A stretch of 64,000 nt of DNA, taken from Octopus vulgaris (taxonomy: Eukaryota). The stretch lies in the NCBI GenBank assembly GCA_951406725.2, contig OX597826.1, positions 74,586,001 through 74,650,000 of the forward strand, written 5' to 3'. Positions 13,527-28,178 of this stretch are shown here, piece by piece; within the stretch, counting starts at the first letter, position 1, and the number at the start of each line of letters is the position of its first letter. Both the position numbers and the translations under genes were made by a program. The notes below the pieces were generated by a model. It searched no databases. It had not been told where the DNA came from and was given only the letters and a program-made list of their open reading frames with translations.

Positions 13527-13833
13527 GGAGGCGCAATGACCCAGTGTTTAGGGCAGCGGAGTCGCGGTCGGAGGATCGCGGTTTCGATTCCCAGACCGGG
13601 CTTTGTGTGTGTGTGTGTTTATTGAGCGAAAACACCTAAAGCTCCACGAGGCTCCTGCAGGGGGTGGTGGTAACCCCTGTTGTACTCTTTCGCCCCAATT
13701 TTCTCTCACTCTTTCTTCCTGTTTCTTGAGTAACGCTGCGATGGACTGGCGTCCCATCCAGCTGGGGGGAACACATACGCCATAGAAACCGGGAAACCGG
13801 ACCCATGAGCCTGGCTAGGCTTGAAAAGGGGCG
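13527..13833 (+). mobile_element. tRNA-derived SINE family C, full length
   Basis: tRNA-like head ggaggcgcaatgacccagtg...ggtttcgattcccagacc. The body has 'ctgcgatggactggcgtcccatccag' and 'gaaaccggg', resembling Deu/Nin-type SINE domains (inference). Confidence 0.9.
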
Positions 13834-14320
13834 AAAAAAAATGTATTGTTTTAATTGGTTAGCTTGATTTTGTTTTCAAGAGAATTTTTTAACTGTATTT
13901 TTAAACAATTACTAAATCAGGTTTCCTTTTCTGTTTTATATGTATTGTATATTTGTTTATCTCAAATCAAATGTTTTTTGTTTACAGTTTTATATTACGA
14001 GTTACACTTTCTTTTATTTATTCTCTGTTTGTTAATATAAAATTATATATACAAAAGTTATTTAATATTAAATTGAAGGATAACACAATGCTTTACAGTG
14101 GTGTACATGTTTATTAAATTTTACAAAGGAAGGATTGATAGTGACATCGAAGTTTCGGCTTACACGCCGTCATTACATTAGGAAGGCGAAACTTCGAATT
14201 GCTATAAAATGAACTGTATACACACACACATGCACACACACACATATACATGTATTACATATACGTCTATTATGTATATGTATTTATGTATGTACATATG
14301 CATTCGCGTGTGTGCGTGTA

Positions 14321-14361
<41 letters not shown>

Positions 14362-14398
14362 ATTTGTGTGTGTATGTGTGTGTGTGTGTACAGATACA

Positions 14399-14548
14399 GC
14401 GTGGCCGTGTGGTAAGAAGTTTCCTACCGAACTTCGTGGTTCCGGATTCAGGCCCACTGCGGGGCACCTTGGGCAAATATCTTCTACTATAGCTCCAGGC
14501 TTCATGAGTAGATTTCATAGACGGAAACTGGAAGAAGCCCTTCGTTCA
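14399..14548 (+). mobile_element. SINE family A 5' half
   Basis: gtggccgtgtggtaagaag...gcaccttgggcaa...gacggaaactg. Confidence 0.8.
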
Positions 14549-14579
14549 TATACGTATATATATATATATATATATATAT

Positions 14580-14883
14580 TATGTGAAATAGAAAGATGAA
14601 TAATCTTGTAGTAGATTAATCAAAAGTTTAACCGATACCTTAGTAGCAAAAATCACAGCAGTAAAACAGCACGGTTGGAGGTACAACCATATGGTGTTGC
14701 AACCGTGCGTTGGTGCGGATAATTGAAATTAGAACATTATTGGTGAATTGAAGAAATGGAGCTGAACGCAGATTGAACAGAAATCGTTTTGGTAATTTGT
14801 GCCTTTCGAAACACGTGTAGAATGAAATAAAACGATTTCTGTTCAATCTGCGTTCAGCTCATTTCTTCAATTCACCAATAATG

Positions 14884-14884
<1 letters not shown>
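14580..14884. mobile_element. Fold-back element between (TA)n tracts, PLE-like
   Basis: Inverted arms at 14734-14790 and 14829-14884. The spacer contains cGAAACacgtGTA, the 3' half of an HHR with a palindromic stem III. Confidence 0.65.
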
Positions 14885-14969
<85 letters not shown>

Positions 14970-14979
14970 GTATATATGC

Positions 14980-15049
<70 letters not shown>

Positions 15050-15093
15050 CTATTTACTTTAAGCCTCCTAATTAACAAGGTGAAGGTTATAAT

Positions 15094-15896
15094 CCTTTCT
15101 ACTCTAGGCACAACGCCTGGAACTTGTGTGGAGAGGGATAGTCGACTACATCGACCCCAGCACTCGACTGGTACTTAATTTATCGACTCCGAAAGGATGA
15201 AAGGCAAAGTTGACCCGCCGGTGGAATTTGAACTCAGAATGTAGCGGCAGGCGAAATACCGCTAAGCATTTCGCCCAGCATGCTAACGGTTCTGCCAGCT
15301 CGCCTGAAATTTGGGGTGGGGGAACTTGTCGATTACATCTATCCCAGTGTATCACTGGTACTTAATTCATCGACCCCGAAAGGCAAAGTCGACCTCGGTG
15401 GAATTTGAACTCAAAACGTAACGACAGACGAAATAATACGCTAACGGTTCTGCCGGCTCGCGGCCTTGAAGGTGAAGGTTATAATGGAGATATAATCGTT
15501 TCTACTCTAGGCAGAAAGCTCGAAATTTTGGAGGGAGGGGGGGGCAGTCGATTAGATCGACCCCAGTACGCAACTGGTACTAAATTTATCGACCGCGAAA
15601 GGAAGAAAGGCGAAGTCGACCTTGGCGGAATTTGAACTCAGAACGTAAAGACAGACGAAATGACTATTTCTTTACTACATACAAGGGGCTAACCATAGAG
15701 GGGACAAACAAGGACAGACAAACGGATTAAGTCGATTATATCGACCCCAGTGCGTAACTGGTACTTATTTAATCGACCCCGAAAGTATGAAAGGCAAAGT
15801 CTACCTGGGTGGAATTTGAACTCAGAACGTAGCGGCAGACGAAATACGGCTACGCATTTCGCCCGGCGTGCTAACGTTTCTGCCAGCTCGCCGGCC
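15094..15896 (-). mobile_element. Cluster of four SINE family B copies in two TSD-bounded blocks
   Basis: TSD1 aaggtgaaggttataat at 15077-15093 and 15469-15485. TSD2 ttataatggagatataat at 15479-15496 and 15897-15914. Confidence 0.92.
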
Positions 15897-16004
15897 TTAT
15901 AATGGAGATATAATGAACTGGTTAATACAGCCATAAGATTTACAGAAGTCTGGACGTTCGAATCCGGGCAGAGTATGGCGGTACATTTTTCCACCTTCTA
16001 TATT

Positions 16005-16235
16005 AAGGCGGCGAGCTGGCAGAAACGTTAGTGCGCCGGGCGAAATGCGTAGCCGTATTTCGTCTGCCGTTACGTTCTGAGTTCAAATTCCGCCGAGGTC
16101 GACTTTGCCTTTCATCCTTTCGGGGTCGATAAATTAAGTACCAGTTACGCACTGGGGTCGATGGAATCGACTTAATCCGTTTGTCTGTCCTTGTTTGTCC
16201 CCTCTGTGTTGAGCCCCTTGTGGGTAGTAAAAAAA
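16005..16235 (+). mobile_element. SINE family B, full length
   Basis: ggcggcgagctggcagaaacgttag head, gagttcaaattcc B-box and complete tail. Confidence 0.92.
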
Positions 16236-16286
16236 TATATATTACACACACACATACACACACAAACAAGCGCACACACACACACT

Positions 16287-16317
<31 letters not shown>

Positions 16318-16663
16318 ACACAAGGCGGCAGGGCGACGGTATCTTTATCAGGTCGGGCCAAATGTTCGGCAGCAGTTTTCGTGGCTCTTAACCTTCTCAA
16401 TATCAAATTCCGCCGATGCCGACTTTGCCTTCTATTCTTCGGAGAGGGTCAGTATAAAATAAAGTACCAGTCATGTACTCGGGACTCCATATAATCGACT
16501 TTGAACCTTGCAACGGATCACCGGCGACCCTTGTTTGGAAGGAGCGCTGTGATCTCGGTCGCTTACACACCGAGGAAATTGGGCAACCGAGCTTTTGAGA
16601 CCCAACGCTTGAGAAAACACACACACACACGCATACATACACACACACACTCACACACACATT

Positions 16664-16717
<54 letters not shown>

Positions 16718-16794
16718 TATATGCTTAGTTTTTTTCTGCTTCATTAAAGCAATTACTGGAACGGGGTATGAAAGGAGGCGAGCGTGTGTGCGAG

Positions 16795-16923
16795 AAAGAG
16801 AGGTGAGAGAGAAAGAGAGTAAGAGAGGGAGAGAGAGAGAAAAGGAAAGAAAGAAAGAAAGAAAGTGAGAGAGAGAGAAAGAAAGAAAAAAAAGAAAGTA
16901 AGAAAGAAAGAAAGAAAGAAGGA

Positions 16924-16955
<32 letters not shown>

Positions 16956-17051
16956 AGGAAAGAAAGAAAGAAGGAAAGAAAGAAAGAAAGAAGGAAAGAT
17001 AGAAAGAAAGAAAGAAGGAAAGAAAGAAAGAAGGAAAGAAAGAAAGAAAAA

Positions 17052-17099
<48 letters not shown>

Positions 17100-17270
17100 A
17101 GGAAAGAAAGAAAGAAAGAAAGAAAAAAGAAAGAAAGAAAGAAAGAAGGAAAGAAAGAAAGCGAGTAAGAGAGAGAGAGAGAAAGAAATAAACAAAGAAA
17201 GAAAGAAAGAAAGAAGGAAAGAAATAAACAAAGAAAGAAAGAGAGAAAGAAGGAAAGAAAAAAAAGAAAG
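16795..17270. repeat. (AAAG)n purine tract
   Basis: About 480 bp of homopurine tetranucleotide repeat. Confidence 0.97.
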
Positions 17271-17819
17271 GCAGACAGCAGAGAAAAGGCGAAAGAAATA
17301 GAGACAAAGAGGAGAGAAAGAGGGGGGAGCAAACGTGTGTATGAAAGTATGCGTGTAAGTTTGTGAATGTCAATACGGCTTAAGTGTGTGTGTGTCTGTG
17401 TGTGTGATTACACACGGTCATACGCTTAATGTATGTGAGCGGTTTTGTGAATTCGTTATCATGTGTGCGTGCGCAGGCGCGTGTATATATATATGTGTGT
17501 GTGTGCATGCGTGTGTGTGTGCATGTGTGTGTGTGTGCATGTGTGACTGATACGGCAAGTCAGCAACAGCCGAAAGTTAGAAAGAAGTAGCGGCAAGCGA
17601 AGTATTAAGTCTAACAGTAGAGAAACTCCCGTCTCTCTCTCTCTCTCTGTGTCTCTCTCTCTGTCTGATTCACACACATACTCTCTCTCTCTCTCCCACA
17701 CATACACATAGATATGCACACACACACACAGACATAGACACGCATACACATTGAAAAATACACATATTGACAAGCACACATATGCACATACAAATATAGT
17801 TACACACACAAATATATAT

Positions 17820-17901
<82 letters not shown>

Positions 17902-17957
17902 ATATATACATATATATACACACTCAAATTTATTTATATTATATATATATATATTCG

Positions 17958-18041
<84 letters not shown>

Positions 18042-18544
18042 CATATTATATTATACATATATATATATATATATTCATATATGCATACATATATTTGTAT
18101 ATGTGTGTGAATGTGTGTTTGTGTGTTTATTTATAGCCGAGCACCAATTGGTTAAGGTTGCTAGAACAGAGGAGTCGAAGACGCTCGTCGAGATCAGACC
18201 TTGCTCGAAAAAGGGGGAAAAATGAACATACCTACTCGCCATGTAGAGCGAAAACAGACATCCATTTGCAGATAGAGAGAGACACACGGGACTGTACATA
18301 CCCTAACGACATGTAAATACAGAGGTTAATCTATACATATGTATATATATATATATGTATGCATATATATATATATATACATATGTGTGCGTATATCTGA
18401 TATATCTCTGTCACTACTGTAATAGCTACAAATGTGAGTTGAAAACGGATCATTACACGCTACAAATCACGGCATATACAGGGATGTAAACTCCGTTCTC
18501 AGGTATGTTTACGTTTCAATTTTGTCTGACGATTTTACCCACGG

Positions 18545-18587
<43 letters not shown>

Positions 18588-18763
18588 TATAAGTATGTGT
18601 GTATGTCTATATATACATGCACACATGTATCTATATATGTTTGTGTATGTGTCTGTGTGCAAATGCGCGTGAGTATTTGTTAATTAATTTGTGCGCTTGT
18701 GAGTATGCGTGTTTGTGTGTATATGCATATCTATCTGTCTATCTATCTATCTATCTATCTATA

Positions 18764-18800
<37 letters not shown>

Positions 18801-18821
18801 GTCTATCTATCTATCTGTCTA

Positions 18822-18857
<36 letters not shown>

Positions 18858-19049
18858 TACATATATATATATATTATATATATATATACATAAATATATA
18901 TATATACGTAGGTAGATATACATATCACACACACACACACACATATATACGTATACATATATAGGTATAGTTGTTTATGCATGTAGGTATATATATATTT
19001 TGGTATGTGTGTACGTATGTAGGTATATATGTATATATGTATATATATA

Positions 19050-19080
<31 letters not shown>

Positions 19081-19320
19081 ATGTATGTATGTATGTATGT
19101 ATGTGTATATATCTATGCACACTCGCGTCTTTAAATTCTGCTAAGACTAACACATTAACACGTGCGTCAGGATACATTTCCAAGATATATATAAACATAC
19201 ATCGCACATGAGTTCCACAATATACGCATATATTTGGGTGTATTCGTGTTTGTAGGTTAACTTATAATATGAGTGCGTGTTTTTTTTTTTGAACGTGTCT
19301 GTATATTTACATACAAATCT

Positions 19321-19369
<49 letters not shown>

Positions 19370-19394
19370 TGTATGTGTATTAATATATATCTTC

Positions 19395-19443
<49 letters not shown>

Positions 19444-19789
19444 GTAATTATATAGATATGAATGTATGAGTCAGTAAGTACATATGTGTCATATATTATA
19501 TTAATGTATTTATATCTATCGGTCGGAATGTCTGTCGGGATGTGTCTGGTATTCTCTCCACATGGATATCTACACACAAACACACAAACACACACACACA
19601 CACACACACAGAGGAAACCGCTTATGGGGGATCGTTCTGGGACGAAACCTGTCCCGCTTACCAATAAGATAACCGGCCGTTTAATACAAGCAAACAACGA
19701 AGTTGGGACCCAATGATTTTTCATAAACAATAACCGATTGATGACTTTATCATCGCTGATAACAATAAATAGCTCCTTCTAAAACGTTT

Positions 19790-19839
<50 letters not shown>

Positions 19840-20232
19840 GTGTGTGTGCGTGTTGTTCGGGACAGTAAGTGTTCGAGCGTCGGACCAGCCAGCAACACAC
19901 ATGCTTTTTTAAATTTCTGCCAAGAATAGAAGCAGCAGTCGAAGTCCACCGTAGGACGATGTTGAAAGTTTATTCAGGTAATGTCAAATACCCTTGCGCC
20001 TAATCACCTTTCTGCTGGGCAACATTAGTTAGAGGTCACAAGGCTAAACGTTTTAAGGGTCAAATTGCATATAGTTCGGGGTCATATTAGAACTTGCCTT
20101 TATAATTATCAACCAAGTTATTTCGGTGTCTTAAACCAACCGTTCGTGCTGTATGTACCGCAATTACTTCACTCATGCCCTTTCAAGAAAGATTTCTATT
20201 TGCTTCATATATATAAATTAAATAGTCGGCGT

Positions 20233-20367
20233 TCTTTCGATATTGGTCTACAGAATGTCAGCGTGAGGAGACGACGTCATCCACCCTCTTTTCCAGTCAA
20301 ATCTCTTTATTTATGTCATGTGGGACGGTTCTGTAGGTGAATGGAATCGTCTACCAATATCGAAGGA
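20233..20367. mobile_element. Small hairpin / MITE-like repeat, copy 1
   Basis: Outer inverted repeat ttcgatattggt/accaatatcgaa and inner gacgacgtcatccacc/ggtgaatggaatcgtc; homolog at 24409-24546. Confidence 0.6.
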
Positions 20368-21018
20368 TTGCATGAAAGTCCTTATTCCTATTTAAATCAG
20401 GGGTATATCAACGATTCTTCTCCAAGTTTTGCATTCAATTCTCAGCCGGTATTACTTTCGTTACGTTGCTATCACTTTTGTGGAAATGCATGCGCACCAC
20501 AACTCCTTTTTTCTCAACTGAATATAACTGAGAGCGAGATGAATAGTTTACATAGGAGTGCACATCAAAGGGTTCCCCTACCTTTGGGCCATTCTCAAAT
20601 AAGGCTGATAACTCATTGCAATAGTTTAATAAGACTACATAAGAAAGATAGACAGACAGGTTGAAAGATAAACAGAAAGGTAAGATAATGGACAGATAGA
20701 CGGTGAGACAGGTAATAATCAGAGGCAGACAGACAGGCGAATAGACAGATGGACTTAGAGTTACACAGACAGGTGGGTAGATAAACTCATTAACAGCGGA
20801 CATACGTAGTCAGTGAACCGCCTGATAGACAGGTAGATATATAGGTGGACAGACAGACATTGAGACAAGAGAAGAAACGATTATTTAGGTAAAGAAAAAC
20901 ACAGACAGGTAAACAGAGAGAAAAAAAAGAAAAAGGTAGATAAAGCGTTGGACAAACAGGTATAGGCAACAGATATATATATATATAAGAGTAAAAGAGA
21001 ATATATATATATATATAT

Positions 21019-21162
<144 letters not shown>

Positions 21163-22026
21163 AGAGACAAATAAACAGAAATATAAAGGGACAGGTGGAG
21201 AGGCAGGTGTATAGACAGGTGGACAAACAAGTAGACAGGTGGACTTATAGACAGAAAGACAGACAGGTGTAATGGCATGAGTTAGACAGAAAAAAGATGT
21301 TGACAGAAGGCTTGGTAAATAAGAGGTTAGTTAGAGATAGATCGAGATATAGAAAGATGCCCGAGGAGATAATTAAATTAATGGGCAGGTGAACACGACA
21401 GGTGGATAAATGTATGGACTGATAAATGAGGAGAGAGATGGTTGAACAGATAGATCGATGGACAGGAAGATGGGCAGACAGGTAGATAGATTGATGGATT
21501 ATGGGACAGGTAAAAACAGAGAGACAGACAAAGGCAGGCACAGAAATAGGTGAAGTGTTTTTAAACGAGTGGTTTGGAAGTTAACAAGGTGTATAGCTTC
21601 TAAATTTCATATTCTTATGTGCCAACGACATTTGAAATATCAATGAAATATTGTTAAATAGGCCTAAAAGTATTGGTGAATATAAAGTGGATATTGGTAG
21701 ATATCGATACAATAATGAAAAAAAAAGTCACAACGAAGAAAGGAAAGAGTTAAATATCGAATTCATTTTGCATTTCGTGTTTTATGTTGTACTTCGAATA
21801 CTTTTTAGAAAATATATTCAATCGTTCTATGATATCGGTCGCCGTTCTATCGCTTCATCACACTGTCCCACGTCCGACACGTGTACGCACGCCGATACCC
21901 GTCTCTATACACACACCCGTATGTTTCTATTCATATATCGTGATATATAATGTATATATAACAACTGTAATACACACACACACACACATATACATGTGCA
22001 CACACATACATACATACATACATACA

Positions 22027-22062
<36 letters not shown>

Positions 22063-22108
22063 TATGCAGATACACATTTGTATATATGCATACACAAACG
22101 TACATACA

Positions 22109-22163
<55 letters not shown>

Positions 22164-22192
22164 ATATATATATATATGCATACACACACACA

Positions 22193-22226
<34 letters not shown>

Positions 22227-23141
22227 CATACAAGCATGCATACACGCACACCGTATACTCGTATGTGTTTAGTCTTTCGATGGTTTCAGTCTTTTGAGGC
22301 CTTTAAATTTTTTTAGTGTGTTGCTCATCGACCTTAATTCTTTCTATTTATTATTTGTTATTTATTTCATCGGACACGATGTGTCGAACCGCTAGTTTAC
22401 GGGACATGAAATGAAACAGCATAAGCAACCAGACGTAAACATTAACACACGGATTCAAACACGCACGCACACACAAATACATACAAATGCACACGCGCAT
22501 TGAGTAGTTCTTTTCTTCCGGAACAGTTCCAGGAATCCTAACCACTGTGAAGCATTTCACTTTCAATAACCACAATGAAACTGTTACTCTATCAATGTGT
22601 TGAGTACTCTAGTAATATATATATATATATAAAGAGAGAGAGAGAGATGTAGTTATAGATAGGTAGATACATACATACATACATACATACATACATACAT
22701 ACATACATACATACATACATACATACTTACTTACAAGGTGAGCAAAAGTGTACGTACGCTGCTATATGTATATATAAATTTTTAAAAATAGAATAAGAAC
22801 GCAACAGACATCCGGACAGATAGATGTTACAAAGATGGACACGAAAAAATAAGGACGGGTCATTCGTAGTCTTCTCTCATCAGTCAAGTTTCCAAATCAT
22901 CCTTACAGTTTCGGCCGGTTACACTTGAGACTGTTCAAATCTGGCTAGCCCCAAAAATCTAAGCTAAGGACGTTAAATTTTTCGGGAGAAAGCAAGATAG
23001 ACAGACAAACAGACAGATAAATAGATATAGACATTTGTACATATTCTATATGTGTATATATACATATATATATATATATGTATATATATTTATGTACGTA
23101 TATATGTATGTGTGTGTATGTATGTAGTTACTATATTTTCG

Positions 23142-23186
<45 letters not shown>

Positions 23187-23257
23187 GAATACATATATAC
23201 GTATACACACACACACATTTGGAGTTATATATGTGTACACTTCTCTCTGTCTCTCTG

Positions 23258-23298
<41 letters not shown>

Positions 23299-23690
23299 TA
23301 AATGCAGCGATACGTGCGTACACGAATACATACATTTTGTTGTGTGTTTGTTTATACAAATGTGTAATTTAAGTGATAGCTAAATGTGTATATGTCTATG
23401 TGTGTGTATGTGTGTGTGTGTGTCTGTAAAACAAATTACGCTCCATGTGTGCGTGTATGTATACATTTTTAATAATATGGCAGGATCGTAGAATATACAC
23501 CGAGTTTGCCTCTCACTAATATACATACAAACATATATATGTGTGTGTGTGTGTCGTTTATACTGATGTATGTAAACATAGAATTAAAAAGCTGCGCGGA
23601 TATCTGCCATTAACACACGTGTGAATCGCTTTTTAGGTCTTTTGGGCAAAACCATGTGTATACGCTAAGCATGATATTTAGTGGGTACTC

Positions 23691-23810
<120 letters not shown>

Positions 23811-24079
23811 CTACTCACCCTATTTAACATAGTTTAATAATTGGAATACAGAAAATCTTTGATACATACATATATGCCTACATACATACATACATACATA
23901 CATACATACATACATACATACATACATACATACACACACATATATACATACATACATACATTCATACATACATACATACACACATACATACATAATATAT
24001 ATATATGTATATTCAGAGATACATAAAATATACACATAAACTATATATATAGTTTGTGTATATTTTATAGATATATGTG

Positions 24080-24133
<54 letters not shown>

Positions 24134-24408
24134 CATACAACACACACACACACACACGTATATGTATATATGTAAATAGGATACCAAGATGTATGCTGAT
24201 AAATAGACAAACAGATAGTTAGATAGATAGATAGACGGATAGGCAGGTAGGTCGATATCGACATCGATGGAGCAGACACGAATGGCTTCCTGGGTTTTTA
24301 TGGATCAAATTCGCCGTTGGTCAGCCTCAAGTTATATTAGAAAACTCTAGTCATTGGGCAAGTGTCGCGAACCGAGCTTCTTAACCACAGAAATCCATAG
24401 ATCGACGT

Positions 24409-24546
24409 TCGTTCGCTATTGATCTGTGGAGAGTGTCTGTGTGAGGAGACGGCGTCATTCACCCGCTTCTACAGCCCAGCTTCTTTATGTCATGAGAGGA
24501 GGATGACATGCGTGGGTGAATGACGTCGTGTACCAATATCGAAAGA
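24409..24546. mobile_element. Small hairpin / MITE-like repeat, copy 2
   Basis: Inner stem acggcgtcattcaccc/gggtgaatgacgtcgt; ends accaatatcgaaaga. Confidence 0.6.
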
Positions 24547-24583
24547 TTGCCTGAACGGGAAAAGAAGGAGATAGATAGATAGG

Positions 24584-24614
<31 letters not shown>

Positions 24615-24760
24615 GTAGATAGCTAGATGGATGGATGGATGATGATGGACGGACGGACGGACGGACGGACAGGTGGGTGGGTGGGTGGGTGGGTGGATGG
24701 ATGGATGGATGGATGGATGGATGGATGGACGGACGGACGGAGGATAGGTAGGTAGGTAGG

Positions 24761-24868
<108 letters not shown>

Positions 24869-25221
24869 CAAACAAGAGGCTGGCTGACGATGAGGGTTCA
24901 TATTATAGTAAATGTAAACTTTAAAAAAACTCTCACACGAAGCTACGTACACAAATACGTTCACACGAACACGAAGAAACGAAGAAGCCTTCGTGAGCTG
25001 CTTCGACCCGCTAGAAATAGCAGTCAAATCTTTCTCTCTCTGTCAAATCACAGGGGCTGTTTTAGACAAGGGAGCAAGTATTAGATAATGTATTCATAAA
25101 TAGGAAACCCTGAACTCCCCAAACCGGATGGTCTTTGCTGGAGAGCCGTTATTTGAATCGTAAGTTCGGTTGATCGATCAAAGTTGAATTGGGAGAGATA
25201 CAACAATGAATCTGAAACGCC

Positions 25222-25311
<90 letters not shown>

Positions 25312-25441
25312 GACACATGCATATCTGTCAAAATACGCGCATATGCACATACATATGTACACATGTGTGTGTATATAATATACACATACATACATATATG
25401 CGTGTATATATATATATACACGCACACAAATATGTATGTAT

Positions 25442-25493
<52 letters not shown>

Positions 25494-25564
25494 GTATATG
25501 TATATAAGACATGTATGTATATATAATTATATATATTTCTATGCATATATATATATATTCTTTA

Positions 25565-25640
<76 letters not shown>

Positions 25641-25741
25641 CATATACCCCCATATACACATATTGCATGTATGTAGATAGACAGACTAGGAAAGACAATG
25701 AAAGAGAGAGTAAAACAGAGAAACGGACAGACAGAGACGCA

Positions 25742-25780
<39 letters not shown>

Positions 25781-25925
25781 GTGGAGAGACGAGAGAGGGA
25801 GAGCGTAGGTCGAGAGGCGTGTGTTGAGCGACGAGTATTTCGTCACCCAGTTGTTTGTGTTTGTTACAAAGTCTCCAACACGAAACCCGTCTAATTCTAC
25901 AATTCTACGCGGTATCGATTCTCGT

Positions 25926-26148
25926 CAGAAACGTTAGCACGCCGGGCGAAATGCTTAGCGGTATTTCGTCTGCCGTTACGTTGTGAGTTCAAATTCCGCC
26001 GAGGTCGACTTTGCCTTTCATCCTTTCGGGGTCGATAAATTAAGTACCAGTTATGCACTGGGGTCGATGTAATCGACTTAATACCTATGTCTGTCCTTGT
26101 TTGTCCCCTCCATGTTTAGCCTCTTGTGGGTAATAAAGAAATAGGTAT
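25926..26148 (+). mobile_element. SINE family B, near full length
   Basis: Close match to 16005-16235. Confidence 0.92.
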
Positions 26149-26614
26149 TAGTTCTCAGTTGCAGCTGACGGCTGTTGTCCCATTGTTTAGACCGGCATTA
26201 AAGCCTCCAATTCCAACGTTGTATCAACTTTGACGCGTTTTGCGAGGGCGTCGTCGCAGTTTCAAACCACCGTCCCATAACATTCACAATTTGAAACCCT
26301 TGCACTACAGAGAACGGCATGAATGTCACTAATTCTTATTCCAACATCAACTGGAGACGCCAGGTCTTACTTTGTCCCACAATCAGTCCAGCGTTAGTAA
26401 AGTACCAGTCATATCGCGAGGGCAGTTTTATAGACTGCACAAATCGTTTCTTCATATGTGACCTTCAGACAACGTTAAACGGCCTCGTTGATATTGTGTC
26501 TGCATCCCAGGTTCAATTCCCAGTTACACTTTTTCATTTAAATTCCCTTGTGCTTAAGTTCGCCATTATAACTCTCACGTAATCACACGTACCGCTTCTC
26601 TTTATAGGAAGAAT

Positions 26615-26651
26615 GGTGATGACGATGATGATGATGATGTGGATGATGATG

Positions 26652-26704
<53 letters not shown>

Positions 26705-26872
26705 TATAATAATTATAATAATAATAATAACGATAATGATAATAATAATAATAAAAAAAAAAAAATAATAATAATAATAATAATTATAATAATTATAATA
26801 ATAATAATAACGATAATGATAATAATAATAATAATAAAAATAATAATAATAACAATAATGATAATAATAATG

Positions 26873-26939
<67 letters not shown>

Positions 26940-26943
26940 TAAC

Positions 26944-26984
<41 letters not shown>

Positions 26985-27022
26985 CGATAATAATGATAAT
27001 AATAAAATTGATAATAATAATG

Positions 27023-27095
<73 letters not shown>

Positions 27096-27117
27096 TAATA
27101 ATAATAATAATAACAAC

Positions 27118-27160
<43 letters not shown>

Positions 27161-27244
27161 ATAATAATAATAATAACAATAACAATAATAATAATAATAA
27201 CAATAATGATAATAATAATAATAACGATAATAATAATAATAATG

Positions 27245-27294
<50 letters not shown>

Positions 27295-27295
27295 C
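26615..27295. repeat. Long interrupted (AAT)n microsatellite
   Basis: About 680 bp of AAT with AAC/GAT variants. Confidence 0.97.
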
Positions 27296-27608
27296 GTTAT
27301 CACCACTATGTAATCGCCTCGTTACACCGCCTTCCAGCATAATCACCATTAGCACCAACACCTGTACGGTTCCCCACCACCACCACCACCACCACCCACC
27401 GCCTCCCCCATCTCCTCGTTCACCCTCCTCCACCACCACCACCACCGTTTTCAGTTCACATTACTCGCAGCAAAATGTCAAACCGCAAATTTTATGATTT
27501 ATTAAACAGTTTATCTTGTTTAGAAATTCCGTGTGGTCAGTTGCTGCAAGCGCGCACGTGTGCGTGTGTGTGTGTGTCAGTGTATGAATACGTGGGTGAG
27601 CGTGTGTT

Positions 27609-27642
<34 letters not shown>

Positions 27643-27772
27643 TGTCTGTGCATGTTAGTGTGTGTGTGTGTGTGTGTGTTTGCATGCAAGTGAGTATATG
27701 CGCAACTAATATGCGTGGGTATGGGAACGAAACATTACGACGAAGAATGTAGAGGAAAAATGTTATGTTTAC

Positions 27773-27841
<69 letters not shown>

Positions 27842-28100
27842 GGTGTATGATTTTATGAATATGCGTGTGTGTACGTGTGCGTGTGCGCGCGTGAAAGTAG
27901 ACGAAACAGCAAGTCACTACGAAGTACTGAAATGTCGAATACTCACAATAAAACAAATATAAAAAAGATACGACTATTCGCGATTTTCATCTTTTTCTTT
28001 TTTTTTTTTTTGAAAGATTTTTTTTTCTGGAATTCCTAACTCCATTTATATTTCAAGAACATCTCAACATCGCCATATGAATGAAATAACAGCTGCGACC

Positions 28101-28178
<78 letters not shown>

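Noticed and set aside
16403-17373. ORFs of 168-309 aa rich in F/L/S
   Set aside because: They are translations of the (AAAG)n tract.
22840-22890. Minus-strand CTGATGA...GAAT hammerhead-like motif
   Set aside because: GAAA is not matched and no convincing stem I could be built.
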